From a candidate division FCPU426 bacterium (lineage in GTDB: Bacteria; Oederibacteriota; Muellerivitia; Muellerivitales; Muellerivitaceae), in the NCBI GenBank assembly GCA_963738405.1, contig CAVTWJ010000023.1, forward strand, positions 128,001-192,000: 64,000 bases of DNA. Direction: 5' to 3'. Numbering within the stretch: position 1 is the stretch's first letter; every line of letters starts with the position of its first letter. Below the pieces are notes generated by a model. That model was given only the letters and a program-made list of their open reading frames with translations. It was not told the origin of the DNA and did no database searches. This document shows, piece after piece, positions 44,426 to 55,112 of this stretch. A program made the translations under genes and the position numbers.

Positions 44426-45280
44426 ATGAAACAATGGAAAGTTATCCTTTTCCCGGTTGTTTTGGCCTATTTGACCATCCTGGGAGGATTCTTACTGGCT
44501 CAAAGAAGCTTGATTTTTCATCCCGTTCCCCTCAACGGCACCACTCCTGCCCAATTTCACTTGGTCGCAGGTAAAGATTACCACGATGTCTCCTTTACTT
44601 CTGCGGACGGCGTCACGCTGACGGGCTGGTGGATTGACCACCAAGACCCAGGGTCCAACCGTCCCTTTCTTCTCTATTGCCACGGCAATGGGGATTGCCT
44701 TTCCCAATTGGCCGAAGTTTCTAAGTTGTTTTACAATTTTGGATTTAACGCCCTCATTTTCGACTATCGGGACTATGGCGCCAGCGGAAAGGGCCCTTTA
44801 AGTGAAAAGGCATTCGATGGGGATGCCCTCGCGGCTTACCGTTGGGTTCAAAACAAGGGTGTTCCTGAAAACCGCATCCTAATTTGGGGCCATTCGCTGG
44901 GTTCTTCGGTGGCGGCCTGGCTGGCAACCCAGACCCATCCTGCGGGCTTAATACTGGAAGGAGCGTTCCCTTCAACATTGGCAGTCAGTTACAAACGCTA
45001 CCCCTGGCTTCTGGTGCTTCCCTTCATGATTCAAGACCCTTTCGATACCGAGATTTACGTTCAAAAGAGAACCTGTCCCCTGCTCCAATTTCACGCGGAG
45101 AGGGACACCATCATCCCCATTGATTTAGGGGAAAGGGTCTATTCCAAGGCGGTGGAGCCGAAGCAATTTGTGGTAGTGAAGGATACGGACCACAATGATT
45201 TTCCGAGCGTGGCCGAACAATATAAGGATGTGGTGGTGGGTTTTACGAACCGGTGCCTGCAACAAGCGCCCAGCCATTAA
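44426..45280 (+). CDS. Alpha/beta hydrolase
   Basis: CHGNG, DYRDYGAS, GHSLGS nucleophile elbow, D.IIP, HND. Confidence 0.88.
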   Translation: MKQWKVILFPVVLAYLTILGGFLLAQRSLIFHPVPLNGTTPAQFHLVAGKDYHDVSFTSADGVTLTGWWIDHQDPGSNRPFLLYCHGNGDCLSQLAEVSKLFYNFGFNALIFDYRDYGASGKGPLSEKAFDGDALAAYRWVQNKGVPENRILIWGHSLGSSVAAWLATQTHPAGLILEGAFPSTLAVSYKRYPWLLVLPFMIQDPFDTEIYVQKRTCPLLQFHAERDTIIPIDLGERVYSKAVEPKQFVVVKDTDHNDFPSVAEQYKDVVVGFTNRCLQQAPSH

Positions 45281-45291
45281 CGAAAGACGTC

Positions 45292-45873
45292 CTAGGATTT
45301 TTTGTAAATTTTATTTTTCATTTGGTCCAATTCTTCCAGCAAACGAAGAATGGGCCTTTCCAAAAAGGAATTCAAAACGTAATCCCCCGCCTCGCAACCA
45401 GGCGGAGTGACACAGAAAATTCCGGCCGCCTTGGCTCCCGCCACACCCTCCGGGGTCGTTTCAAAAGCGATGACTTTCATAGGCTTTAACCCGAGCGTAT
45501 CCAAAGAAATTTCATAGAGTTCGGTCCCCGGCTTCAAGACGGTAACATCCTCTTTGCAGCGGATGCTGTCGAAATCACTCGCCAAACCCGGGCCCGAAAG
45601 TTCCCGAACCACTTCCTCGGATGAAAGGTTGGAAGTCAGGGCAAGACGAATTTCATAACGCCGGAGATTGATAAAAGTTTCTTTTAAACCCTCGGCCGTG
45701 GATTTTAAATCCTGGTGGTCAGGCATGGGTCTTTCCGCCTGGGACATTTCGTGTTGAATCCAACCCAGATCAAAAAGAAGGGCCTTGGTGATCCAGTAGC
45801 TTTCAGGCGCGTGGGCGTAAAAACGGTTGTGGGGACTATTGACGTCGGAAGGGCCAAAATGAATAGGGCTCAT
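45292..45873 (-). CDS. Degenerate HAD-like hydrolase
   Basis: LLFDLG, ALTSN, KP..LY, AFETT..GV..AKAAG. Confidence 0.6.
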   Translation of the reverse strand: MSPIHFGPSDVNSPHNRFYAHAPESYWITKALLFDLGWIQHEMSQAERPMPDHQDLKSTAEGLKETFINLRRYEIRLALTSNLSSEEVVRELSGPGLASDFDSIRCKEDVTVLKPGTELYEISLDTLGLKPMKVIAFETTPEGVAGAKAAGIFCVTPPGCEAGDYVLNSFLERPILRLLEELDQMKNKIYKKS

Positions 45874-45878
45874 TCGAT

Positions 45879-47340
45879 TTAGGCGTCCAGCTTCTTCTTC
45901 AGAACTTCATTCACTAATTTAGGGTTAGCCTTGCCCTGGCTGGCCTGCATCACCTTGCCTACCAGGAAGCCGATAACCCCCTGTTTGCCGCCTTTGTAGT
46001 CAGCCACTACAGTAGGGTTTTCAGCCAGCACTTTATCCACGGCGCTTTCGATGGCCTTGGGGTCGGACACCTGGGCCATGCCGCGGGTTTTCACTACCTC
46101 GGCGGGTGAGATTCCTGCCTCGAACATTTCAGCGAAGACTTCCTTGGCTTGCTTGCTGTTAATGGTTCCCGCCTCGACCAGGTCTACTAATTCACACAAT
46201 TTCTTCTGGTCGAATTTGAGGTCTTTGAGTTCCTTTTCCTTTTCTTTCATCTGGGCGGCCATGTCGCCCATCATCCAATTGGCCAATCCCTTGGGGCTTT
46301 TTGTGTGCTTGGCCCCTTCCTCAAACCAATGGGCCAGTTCCTGCTCGGAGGTTAAAACGCCGGCGTCATAGGGCGTCAAGCCATATTGGGTGGCGAACCG
46401 CGCCATCTTGGCGCCGGGTAATTCGGGCAGGCAATCCTTGATCTTCTGAACATATTCCTCGCTCAAAATGATAGGAACCAGGTCCGGCTCTGGAAAGTAA
46501 CGGTAGTCGTGGGCTTCTTCTTTGGAACGCATGGTTTTGGTTTTGTTTTCGGTGACATCCCAAAGACGTGATTCCTGGACCACCCTTTCACCCTTATCGA
46601 GCAAGGCCGCTTGGCGCTTAATCTCGTATTCGATGGCCTGCTTGGCAAACTTGAAGCTGTTCATGTTCTTGATTTCAGTTCGGGTGCCGAACTTTTCAAC
46701 GCCCTTGGGGCGAATGGACACGTTGGCGTCGCAACGGAGGGACCCTTCTTCCATGTTGCAGTCGGAGACATCAATATAAAGAAGGATACTCTTAAGAGCC
46801 GTTAGGTAGGCGTAGGCTTCCTCAGCGCTTCGAATATCGGGCTCGGAAACGATCTCCACCAGAGGAATCCCGCCCCGGTTGTAATCGGCCAGGGAGTAGT
46901 CGGAAGAATCCAGGCGTCCAGCTTTGCCGCCCGCATGGACCAATTTCCCCGCGTCTTCTTCCAAATGGGCCCGGGTCACACCGATCCGCTTGGTTCCCTC
47001 TTTGGTGATGATATCCAAATGGCCCCCGTAATTAAGGGGCTTGTCATATTGGGAAATCTGGTAGGCCTTGGGCAGATCCGGGTAATAGTAGTTTTTCCGG
47101 TCCATTTTGGAATATTTGGCGATTGAGCAATTCAGGGCTAAGCCGATTTTGACCGCGTATTCCACGGCTTTTTGATTCATGACCGGCAAGGTACCGGGTA
47201 AGCCCTAAACAAACCGGGCAAACCTGGGTATTAGCCTCGTTGCCAAAAGTCGTGTGACAGCCGCAGAACAGCTTGGTAGCTGTTTTCAGCTCACAATGGA
47301 CTTCAAGTCCTATAACTGGTTCGTAATCTTCAATGGGCAT
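45879..47340 (-). CDS. gatB: Asp/Glu-tRNA amidotransferase subunit B, split by a 1-bp frameshift at about 47204
   Basis: N-terminal VIGLEVH..TKLFC..CPVCLG in one frame; [27 protein letters not shown] in the other. Confidence 0.93.
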
Positions 47341-48807
47341 TTAACTTTCCCTCAAACTTGGCTTTTGTTTATGCCAATCGGTTGCCTGTTCATAAGCGTA
47401 AGCGGTTTTTAATAAAGCGGCCTCATCGAAGGCCTTGCCGATCAACTGCAAACCGATGGGCAAGCCCGTCTTAGAAAGGCCGCAGGGCACGGACAAACCC
47501 GGTAAACCGGTGATGTTGATGGAAACGGTGAAGACATCTTCCAGGTACATGGAAAGGGGGTCGCCGGTTTTTTCTCCAAAACGGAAGGCCGGATTGGGCG
47601 CGGTGGGGGTAGCGATCACATCCACCTTCTCGAAAGCCTTATCGTAATCTTGTTTGATCAACCGGCGGACCTTCAAGGCTTTTAAATAGTAAGCGTCGTA
47701 ATAGCCGGAAGAAAGTGCGTAGGTTCCCAGCATGATGCGGCGCTTTACCTCGGGCCCAAACCCAGCCGCGCGGGTTTTGGAATACATTTCAACGATGTTT
47801 TCACCGGGCACCCGTAAGCCATACCGCACCCCGTCATAACGGGCCAGGTTAGAGGAGGCTTCGGAAGGCGCCAGCACATAATAGGCGGCTAGGGCATAGG
47901 GGGAGGCGGGTAGAGAAACTTCATGGATTTCCGCTCCCTGCTTTTTCAGCTCCTCAATAGCCTTTTTCACAGAGTCAGCCACTTCTTTGTTTAATCCCTC
48001 AGGGAAGAATTCCTTGGGGATACCGATTTTCAAACCTTTTACCGATTTCTTCATCTCGGCCGTGTAATCGGGTACCGGCAGATCGGCGGAGGTGGAATCC
48101 TTGGGATCATGCCCGGCGATCGCCCCCATCATGATGGCGCAGTCCTCAACGTCTTTTCCAAAGGGGCCGATCTGGTCAAGGGAGGAAGCAAATGCTATGA
48201 GGCCATAACGGGAAACCCGCCCATAGGTGGGTTTTAACCCCACGATGCCGCAAAGGGCCGCGGGCTGGCGGATGGAACCGCCCGTATCGGACCCCAGGGA
48301 GGCGAAGGCCTGGTCAGCGGAGACGCTGGCGGCGGAACCGCCCGAGGAGCCGCCCGGTACGCAGGCAAGGTTCCAGGGGTTTTTGGTTTTCTTGAAGTAA
48401 GAAGATTCGGTAGAGGAACCCATGGCATATTCATCCATGTTGGTTTTGCCCACTGAGACCGCGCCCATCGAGTAGAGCTTCTCGACTACCGTGGCGTTAT
48501 AGGGAGGGACAAAGTTCTCGAGCATTTTCGAGGCGCAGGTGGTGCGGATGCCCTTGGTACATAGCAGGTCCTTAATCGCCACTGGAACGCCGGTAAGAGG
48601 CGTGAGGTTTTGGCCCGAAGCCAAGCGCTTATCGGCCTCGGCGGCCTGCTTGAGGGCCTCGTCCCGAGTAATAGTGATAAAGGCCTGAACCTGGGGTTCT
48701 ACCTTTTCCAGGTGGTCCATGACGGACTTGGTCAACTCAACCGAGGAAATCTTTTTGGCCTTCAGGTCGACCGAAACTTCATGGATGGTTTTTTGATAAA
48801 GTTCCAT
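47341..48807 (-). CDS. gatA: Amidotransferase subunit A
   Basis: [37 protein letters not shown]. Confidence 0.97.
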   Translation of the reverse strand: MELYQKTIHEVSVDLKAKKISSVELTKSVMDHLEKVEPQVQAFITITRDEALKQAAEADKRLASGQNLTPLTGVPVAIKDLLCTKGIRTTCASKMLENFVPPYNATVVEKLYSMGAVSVGKTNMDEYAMGSSTESSYFKKTKNPWNLACVPGGSSGGSAASVSADQAFASLGSDTGGSIRQPAALCGIVGLKPTYGRVSRYGLIAFASSLDQIGPFGKDVEDCAIMMGAIAGHDPKDSTSADLPVPDYTAEMKKSVKGLKIGIPKEFFPEGLNKEVADSVKKAIEELKKQGAEIHEVSLPASPYALAAYYVLAPSEASSNLARYDGVRYGLRVPGENIVEMYSKTRAAGFGPEVKRRIMLGTYALSSGYYDAYYLKALKVRRLIKQDYDKAFEKVDVIATPTAPNPAFRFGEKTGDPLSMYLEDVFTVSINITGLPGLSVPCGLSKTGLPIGLQLIGKAFDEAALLKTAYAYEQATDWHKQKPSLRES

Positions 48808-48814
48808 GGCGGCC

Positions 48815-49099
48815 TTACATGATCTTGGGCACTTTAAAGTGCCCCGATTGGACTTCCGGCCCGTTGGAAAGGACTTCCTGCTGGGTCAGGGAGGGACGAA
48901 CCACGTCTTCCCGAAAGACGTTCTTCACGTCCAAAGGATGGGTGAGAGGTTCCACATTTGCCGTATCGAGTTGGTTGAGCTGTTCGACATACTTAAGAAT
49001 ATTGGCTAATTGCCCGGTATATTTGGCCACTTCCTGGTCGGTCACTTCCAGGCGGGCCAATTTGGCCACATATTGAACGTCTTTTTCGGATAGGGACAA
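48815..49099 (-). CDS. gatC: Amidotransferase subunit C
   Basis: VAKLARL, REDVV, FKVPKI; first gene of gatCAB. Confidence 0.93.
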   Translation of the reverse strand: MSLSEKDVQYVAKLARLEVTDQEVAKYTGQLANILKYVEQLNQLDTANVEPLTHPLDVKNVFREDVVRPSLTQQEVLSNGPEVQSGHFKVPKIM

Positions 49100-49221
49100 A
49101 ACGGTTCTCCTAGGGGAAACTCAAGGGGGCTTATATTGCCAGAAGAAGAAAGAAAGCTCAACATTCAAGGCCGACGCTCTACTTTGTTCCCGTTGGCCAA
49201 CCCAGTGTTTAAAATAAGGCA

Positions 49222-50349
49222 ATGTCACCTTTGAAAACCCCGAATCGATTCCCCCTGCTCATCCTGTGCCTTCTAATAACTGGTTGCGCGACCACCCGCC
49301 CCTCGCTTTATATTCCACCCTCTGATTCCAAAATTCGCACCTTTGAACCTCCCCCTGCCACCATCATTCGCTTGCCGGTTAACTTTAATATGCCCCATTG
49401 GGAAAACCTGACTCCATTTCCAAAATGGGAGAGCATATCCAAATCCATGATCGACTTTTTCAACAGCCAGTTTAAAATTGTCAAACCCAACATCAATTTC
49501 CCCAGCATCAATCGGGTGCTTGAACCCTCCTTCGGGGAAATTTCAACTTTTTGGAGCTCGGCTCAGGAACCCATCTTTATCGACAAGGGCGTCTGGCTTT
49601 TGATTCAGCCCCAATCCATCAGCAGCGGCTTGACCCAACCCGACCCCAAGCACCCCCTGAAAATCAGGATCGACCTGGAAATGACCGCCTTCCCCATCCT
49701 GGTTTTTGGCAAGGAACCAGGAGTGGAAAAGAAAATCATGCCCCCTTTGAAAATCTACAAAACGGGGCCTTCCGGATTTCACGCCGTCAGCAACACCGTC
49801 ATCAGTTTCAAGGAAGCCAACAAACAGTTGACCGACCCCCGATTCGGATTGATTGACCGGGTCATTCCCGGAAGCGGGAATTACAAGCTTCGCATCGAGG
49901 GCCTCAAGCTATACGGCTCGGGGGGACAAGTGATCGTTGAGGTTAAAATTGAATATAACCCCCTCATTAACCTGGGCGACAAACCCGCCCATATGACGGT
50001 TTATTTCCGGGGTGTTCCCCAATATAACCCGCAAAAAGAACTATTTACTTTACGACATTTGGATTTCGACTTGAAAACCGGGGATTTGTTGATGCAGGTC
50101 GCCGATTGGATTTTCAAATCGGATATTTTGAAGGTTCTTCGACAGAAGGCCCGCGTACCCATCGGGCCCAAACTTGACCAGCTAAAGGAAAGAATGAACG
50201 AAGTCTTGAACCTGCCCGTGGGCCAGCACAGCCGGCTTCAAACCCAAGTGAAATCTTTTAGGGTGCTAAATGCTTTCGTGGACAGCGACGGGATTCAAGC
50301 TCAAGTGTCATTGGATGGGGATGCCCAGCTAAATATGTTCTGCCGTTAA
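49222..50349 (+). CDS. Lipoprotein, DUF4403-like
   Basis: LITGC lipobox; W...QEP, WLLIQP and G.P.Y motifs. Confidence 0.65.
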   Translation: MSPLKTPNRFPLLILCLLITGCATTRPSLYIPPSDSKIRTFEPPPATIIRLPVNFNMPHWENLTPFPKWESISKSMIDFFNSQFKIVKPNINFPSINRVLEPSFGEISTFWSSAQEPIFIDKGVWLLIQPQSISSGLTQPDPKHPLKIRIDLEMTAFPILVFGKEPGVEKKIMPPLKIYKTGPSGFHAVSNTVISFKEANKQLTDPRFGLIDRVIPGSGNYKLRIEGLKLYGSGGQVIVEVKIEYNPLINLGDKPAHMTVYFRGVPQYNPQKELFTLRHLDFDLKTGDLLMQVADWIFKSDILKVLRQKARVPIGPKLDQLKERMNEVLNLPVGQHSRLQTQVKSFRVLNAFVDSDGIQAQVSLDGDAQLNMFCR

Positions 50350-50357
50350 CCAAAAAC

Positions 50358-52559
50358 TCATTCTATCTTTTCAAGCTTTGCCAGTTTCACCAGCAATTGC
50401 TTTTTGCCGTGGTTGGGAAAAGACACCGTGACCTTCAAATCTTCCCCCGATCCCATCAGGCCTATCACCATGCCCAGGCCAAACATCTTATGTTTGACCC
50501 TATCCCCCAAGGCAAAGGGAATGACCGCTTCCTCATCCCATTCCGGATCCCGGAGTTCATCAAATTCCTTTTTCTTCACATTAGCCACTTCATAGAGCCC
50601 GGCCTGGGTAGCTACGATGGAGGCCGCCTTGCCTGTCACCTGGATCATGTCCTTAGGGATTTCAGAAAGGAAACGGGAGGGCGCCCGCCACTGGGGAGTG
50701 CCGTAAACGTAGCGGCAGGCCGCGCCCGTGAGATAGAGGATATCCATGGCCCGGGTCATGCCCACGTAGCAAAGCCTACGCTCCTCCTGCACTTCTTTAT
50801 CTTCTTCCATCGAGTTGTTGTGGGGAAACAAGCCCTCTTCCATGCCGGTAATGAAAACAATGGGGTATTCCAACCCCTTGGCATTGTGCATGGTCATGAG
50901 GGTCACGCAATTTTTTTTATCTTCCAGCTTGTCCACATCCGCCACCAGGGAAACCTGGTCCAGGTAGCCTTCCAGGGTGGGCGTTTCGGCCGTGGATTCG
51001 TAATCCACCACCGAATTCACCAGTTCCTTTAGGTTTTCAGCCCTCATTTTCGATTCCAAAGTGTCATCGGCCGCCAATTCGATCAGATAGCCCGAGCGTT
51101 CCAAAACTTTTCGGACAAATTCAGAGGGTTTGAGACCTTCTTTTTCGGCGATCAGGGAATCCATCATGGAAACAAAGAGACCCAGGGCCTGGGATGCTTT
51201 TTTGGGGAAATCGCCGTTCCCGGCGCATTCCCGGGCCGCTTCCAGCATGGTGATATCCTTCAATTTGGCGGTTTCTTCCAATTTTGCCACCGTTCCCGAT
51301 CCAATGCCCCGGATAGGTACGTTGATCATGCGGCGCAGGGCCACCGAATCTTTTGGGTTGGAAAGAACATGCAGGTAGGCCAGCATGTCTTTGACTTCTC
51401 TTCGGTCGTAGAACTTGAGCCCGCCCACAATGATGTAGGGAATATTGTTGCGCCGGCAGGCGTCTTCCAGCACGCGGGACTGGGCGTTGGTGCGGTAAAG
51501 AATAGCCACATGGCGAAAACTGCGCCCCGGCTGGCCCAGCCTCTCATAAATGGTTTTGAGGACGAATTCCGCCTCGTCCTTGTCGTCCTCGGCCTGGTAA
51601 TAGATAGGTGTTTCTCCCATTTCCCTGAGGGAAAAAAGCTCTTTTTCTTTGCGCTGGGAATTGTTTCGAATTACCGCCTGGGCGGATTGGATGATGGATT
51701 TGGTGGATCGGTAATTTTGCTGCAGCTTAAATACCTTAGCCCCGTAAAAATCATGTTCAAACCGGAGGATATTGCGGATATCCGCCCCGCGCCATCCGTA
51801 GATTGATTGGTCCGGGTCCCCCACCACGCAGAGATTGTTGAGGGGATGGGCGATCATGGAAATGAGTTGATATTGAGCTGTATTAATATCCTGATATTCA
51901 TCCACCGAAATGTACTGAAAGCGGCGCCGATAGCTTTCCAAAACCTCTGGGTGATCTTTTAAAAGGGTTACAGTATTAAAAAGCATGTCGTCAAAATCCA
52001 TCCCGTTGTTTTGTTTAAGTTTGATTTGGTATAGGGGATATATCCTGGCTACCTTTTCCATAAAAACCCCCGTAGCCATTTCCTGGTATTCCTTAGGGTT
52101 TTTCAGTTCGTTCTTGGCCGAGCTGATAAAGCTATGGACAGCATTGGGATGGACCTGTTTTTCGTCAAACTTGAGTTCCCAGAGGCATTCCTTGATCAGT
52201 GCCTTCTGATCCGAATCGTCATAGATGCTGAAGTTGGGCTGATAGCCTAATTTGTCCGCATGGATCTTGAGGATGCGCAAACACAAAGAATGGAAGGTGC
52301 CGATGAAAAGATCCCGGGCCTTGCCGCCGCCCGCCAAAACCGCCACCCGGTCCCGCATTTCCTGGGCCGCCTTGTTGGTAAAGGTAACGGCCAGAAGATT
52401 AAGGGGGGATACACTCATTTGATCCAGCAGACGGATCAGCCGGTAGGTTACTACCCGGGTCTTGCCCGAACCCGCGCCGGCCAAAATGAGGGCTGGGCCT
52501 GCGTTATGCAATACCGCTTCCCGTTGCTCTTCATTCAAGTCTTGATATGTGTTTTTCAT
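50358..52559 (-). CDS. pcrA: ATP-dependent DNA helicase PcrA/UvrD
   Basis: AGAGSGKT, TFTNKAA, DEYQD, GDPDQSIY, KGLEY, EERRLCYVGMTRA and a C-terminal Tudor domain. Confidence 0.96.
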   Translation of the reverse strand: MKNTYQDLNEEQREAVLHNAGPALILAGAGSGKTRVVTYRLIRLLDQMSVSPLNLLAVTFTNKAAQEMRDRVAVLAGGGKARDLFIGTFHSLCLRILKIHADKLGYQPNFSIYDDSDQKALIKECLWELKFDEKQVHPNAVHSFISSAKNELKNPKEYQEMATGVFMEKVARIYPLYQIKLKQNNGMDFDDMLFNTVTLLKDHPEVLESYRRRFQYISVDEYQDINTAQYQLISMIAHPLNNLCVVGDPDQSIYGWRGADIRNILRFEHDFYGAKVFKLQQNYRSTKSIIQSAQAVIRNNSQRKEKELFSLREMGETPIYYQAEDDKDEAEFVLKTIYERLGQPGRSFRHVAILYRTNAQSRVLEDACRRNNIPYIIVGGLKFYDRREVKDMLAYLHVLSNPKDSVALRRMINVPIRGIGSGTVAKLEETAKLKDITMLEAARECAGNGDFPKKASQALGLFVSMMDSLIAEKEGLKPSEFVRKVLERSGYLIELAADDTLESKMRAENLKELVNSVVDYESTAETPTLEGYLDQVSLVADVDKLEDKKNCVTLMTMHNAKGLEYPIVFITGMEEGLFPHNNSMEEDKEVQEERRLCYVGMTRAMDILYLTGAACRYVYGTPQWRAPSRFLSEIPKDMIQVTGKAASIVATQAGLYEVANVKKKEFDELRDPEWDEEAVIPFALGDRVKHKMFGLGMVIGLMGSGEDLKVTVSFPNHGKKQLLVKLAKLEKIE

Positions 52560-52602
52560 GATTCCTGGGAAAGGCGGAGGATAAACCGCAAAGGCTATAA
52601 AT

Positions 52603-52634
52603 AAAAATCCCGCGAGGGAGAACCCTTGCGGGAT
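52603..52634 (-). terminator. Intrinsic terminator after the PilZ gene
   Basis: ATCCCGCAAGGG-TTCT-CCCTCGCGGGAT-TTTT on the minus strand. Confidence 0.7.
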
Positions 52635-52672
52635 GTGGATTTTCTTATAAAGTTCCTAAAAATGCTACCGCA

Positions 52673-53029
52673 TCAAATCAAATGATTCACGAAATCGCGA
52701 ATAGCCTTCCGGGTTTCCTCATCCACGACGATGAACTGGTATCCCAAGTGCTTTTCGGAATTCCAAGCCAATTTGCTATAAACATCCACGGTCTTATCTT
52801 TATTGACCCTGAAGTTAAGTTTGAGAATATGACTTGGAGGTTTGGGAATTCCCAATTCCAACCTTATGCCGCCCTCGCTTAGATCAACGGCTTTGACGGT
52901 TAAAGGGTTTCCTTGAACCTCAAGAACATTTCCCGATTTTGATTCGACAACGGGATGAATTTGAACTTGATCCAGGAATCTAACCCGGGAATGTTTTCGT
53001 CTTTCATCTTTTCGTTCGGAGGCCGGCAC
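52673..53029 (-). CDS. PilZ domain protein
   Basis: ERRKHSR and DLSEGG c-di-GMP motifs. Confidence 0.88.
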   Translation of the reverse strand: MPASERKDERRKHSRVRFLDQVQIHPVVESKSGNVLEVQGNPLTVKAVDLSEGGIRLELGIPKPPSHILKLNFRVNKDKTVDVYSKLAWNSEKHLGYQFIVVDEETRKAIRDFVNHLI

Positions 53030-53160
53030 ATAATTTCCTTAATAAAAGGTAATAAAACGGTAAACTAAACCGCTTTAAGTTTCAATGGAAACCTGGAATC
53101 GTTATCTTGTCGTGTCTATTTTTTTATTGAAATTGGACCGCTTTTTTAAAAACAAATATC

Positions 53161-55107
53161 TTATTTTTTAAATAATTCCAGGTAAAAAATCCCAGAAACC
53201 CAGGACAAATATAAGTTTTTCCCCACCCACCGGGTGGAGACGGAAATATTCATGGGCTTACCCTGTTGGTCCAAAGCCCTCACTTTTAAACGGGGATCTT
53301 TTTGATAACGATACAAAACAAATTTTGCTTGGATCGGTTCCATTAGCACCGGTTCTTTTCCAATATCAAGAACCTTCGTTTTTTTCTCGTTATAAACCAT
53401 TCCAGTATTTTCACAGTGGGAGACCGCCGACAGGATCAGGTGATCCGAAACCGTAATAGCCTTGGGTGTAAGCGATGCCAATGCGAAGGAGGCATAGGTA
53501 TTCGGCGTTTCCATCGCCCAGGTTGAATTATTGAATTTGCGATGTCCCAGAAAGCCTATCAGGGCCTGAAACCGCGGGCTCTCAATTTTTACGATTCCCA
53601 CGTTTCCCTGCCAAGTCAATTGGCCCGTATCGGAGACAAAGGTTTTTGTCTTGGTGTCGATCTTAGCCTTCAATTTTCCCGAGATATCGGTTTGAATCCC
53701 CTTGGCTTCCAACCCAGACTTGTGGGCCTGAGCCGCGAGAGCCGATTCCATATCCAAAGTTTGTCCCTGAGTGAGCGTCGGAAGAACATAGGTTTTACCT
53801 TCTTTCAAATCTCCCCTCATAACCGCCAATGCGGCCAAGGGCCATTGGCTGGAAATCAGCGGATTCCCAATAAAACTATTGGGATCTGGCAAAGCTGTTA
53901 CATCTGAACTGGGGAATCCTTTCCCCACACAAGCCGACCAGCCCTGCAGACATTGTTGAGCGGCCATCCAAAGGGGCAAACCCGCGACATATTCATTGGG
54001 CCAATTCGCTGCCCACCGGACACCAAATGGTTGATTCAAGGGTCGTTGAGTTATCAATTGAAGAGACATGCTTTTCTCGGGATAAAGAACCCAAGGTTGA
54101 TCTGAGAAGGAAACAGGCGGGGAGGACGTTTGAGGCTGATCACCAGCTTCGGCCCACTGAACCGACGAAGAAGAATCCGTGGGCGTGTAAGCTGCGTTCG
54201 GTGAAGGTGTTGCCAATATTTCTTGGCTTTGATCAAAACCCCAATTTCTTGAGGCCACAGTGGCCTTCAAAGAATCATCTTCTTGAGAGTTTAAATTATC
54301 TTGGACGCTGACGGGTGCCTGAAACAGGACGGACACATCCAGGAGAGTTCCCCGAAAATCAGGAAGACCCGCCTTAACCGGAAACCATCCGGTCGTGTCA
54401 TTTATTATTGTCTTTTCGGGCTTAGGAGAAAGGGCCGTCACGGGAACCTGAATATCTGAGGCTGTTATGGCGAAAAGCATGGGCACCGGCGCCTTGCCTT
54501 CGGACTTAAAAAGAATGGCCTGGATCGGGACAGTTGGGCGTGGATTAGGCCAGGCAAAAAGATTAAGGCCCGTTTCAGCGCCCTTATCCTTGTGCCACCA
54601 AGCCAGGTAACTTTCGGCCGTGTCGTCGGCACCCCAAAAATTGACCAGTTCCCTTTCGACCCTCAAGGGGATCATCTCCACCTGAGAATCGGCGTAAACC
54701 ACGTCATATTCGGCGACTTTATTATCCGGACCCGTGGAGGCCCAGCGGCATCCCTGCAGAAAATATAACTCGCCTACGGTTTGATTTCCAAAAGGTATGG
54801 ACATTCCCTGGGGATACTGCGAAAGAGCCTTTCCCCTTAAAACCAAAAAGGAATGGCCGGAGTTTTGGACAGGGTCCAAAAGGCGAAAGGGTATTCCACG
54901 AAGGGTTTGGAGGCCCGTGGGAAGGTCTTTGAGGGCGTTTTGTTGTTCGGAGTCCCCCGGACCGGGTTCTTTCCCATCAAAGGGATCCGCAAAACCCCGG
55001 TTAGCCACCGTGGAAAGGTCCAAGTTCCAAAAGCGGGCATCAACCTGGGAGGCCGCGAAATAAATGAAAACCAGGGTGAAACTCGCGAGACAACGGCGCG
55101 AACCCAT
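53161..55107 (-). CDS. Secreted carbohydrate-enzyme-associated hypothetical protein
   Basis: Signal peptide; ANRGF.D..LP.G...GIPF N-domain and SDTGQL.W C-domain, both typical of glycoside-hydrolase accessory modules. Confidence 0.55.
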   Translation of the reverse strand: MGSRRCLASFTLVFIYFAASQVDARFWNLDLSTVANRGFADPFDGKEPGPGDSEQQNALKDLPTGLQTLRGIPFRLLDPVQNSGHSFLVLRGKALSQYPQGMSIPFGNQTVGELYFLQGCRWASTGPDNKVAEYDVVYADSQVEMIPLRVERELVNFWGADDTAESYLAWWHKDKGAETGLNLFAWPNPRPTVPIQAILFKSEGKAPVPMLFAITASDIQVPVTALSPKPEKTIINDTTGWFPVKAGLPDFRGTLLDVSVLFQAPVSVQDNLNSQEDDSLKATVASRNWGFDQSQEILATPSPNAAYTPTDSSSSVQWAEAGDQPQTSSPPVSFSDQPWVLYPEKSMSLQLITQRPLNQPFGVRWAANWPNEYVAGLPLWMAAQQCLQGWSACVGKGFPSSDVTALPDPNSFIGNPLISSQWPLAALAVMRGDLKEGKTYVLPTLTQGQTLDMESALAAQAHKSGLEAKGIQTDISGKLKAKIDTKTKTFVSDTGQLTWQGNVGIVKIESPRFQALIGFLGHRKFNNSTWAMETPNTYASFALASLTPKAITVSDHLILSAVSHCENTGMVYNEKKTKVLDIGKEPVLMEPIQAKFVLYRYQKDPRLKVRALDQQGKPMNISVSTRWVGKNLYLSWVSGIFYLELFKK

Positions 55108-55112
55108 GAAGG

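Noticed and set aside
47044..47340. Programmed frameshift or genuinely split gatB
   Set aside because: There is no slippery heptamer or stimulatory structure; a homopolymer indel is the simpler explanation.
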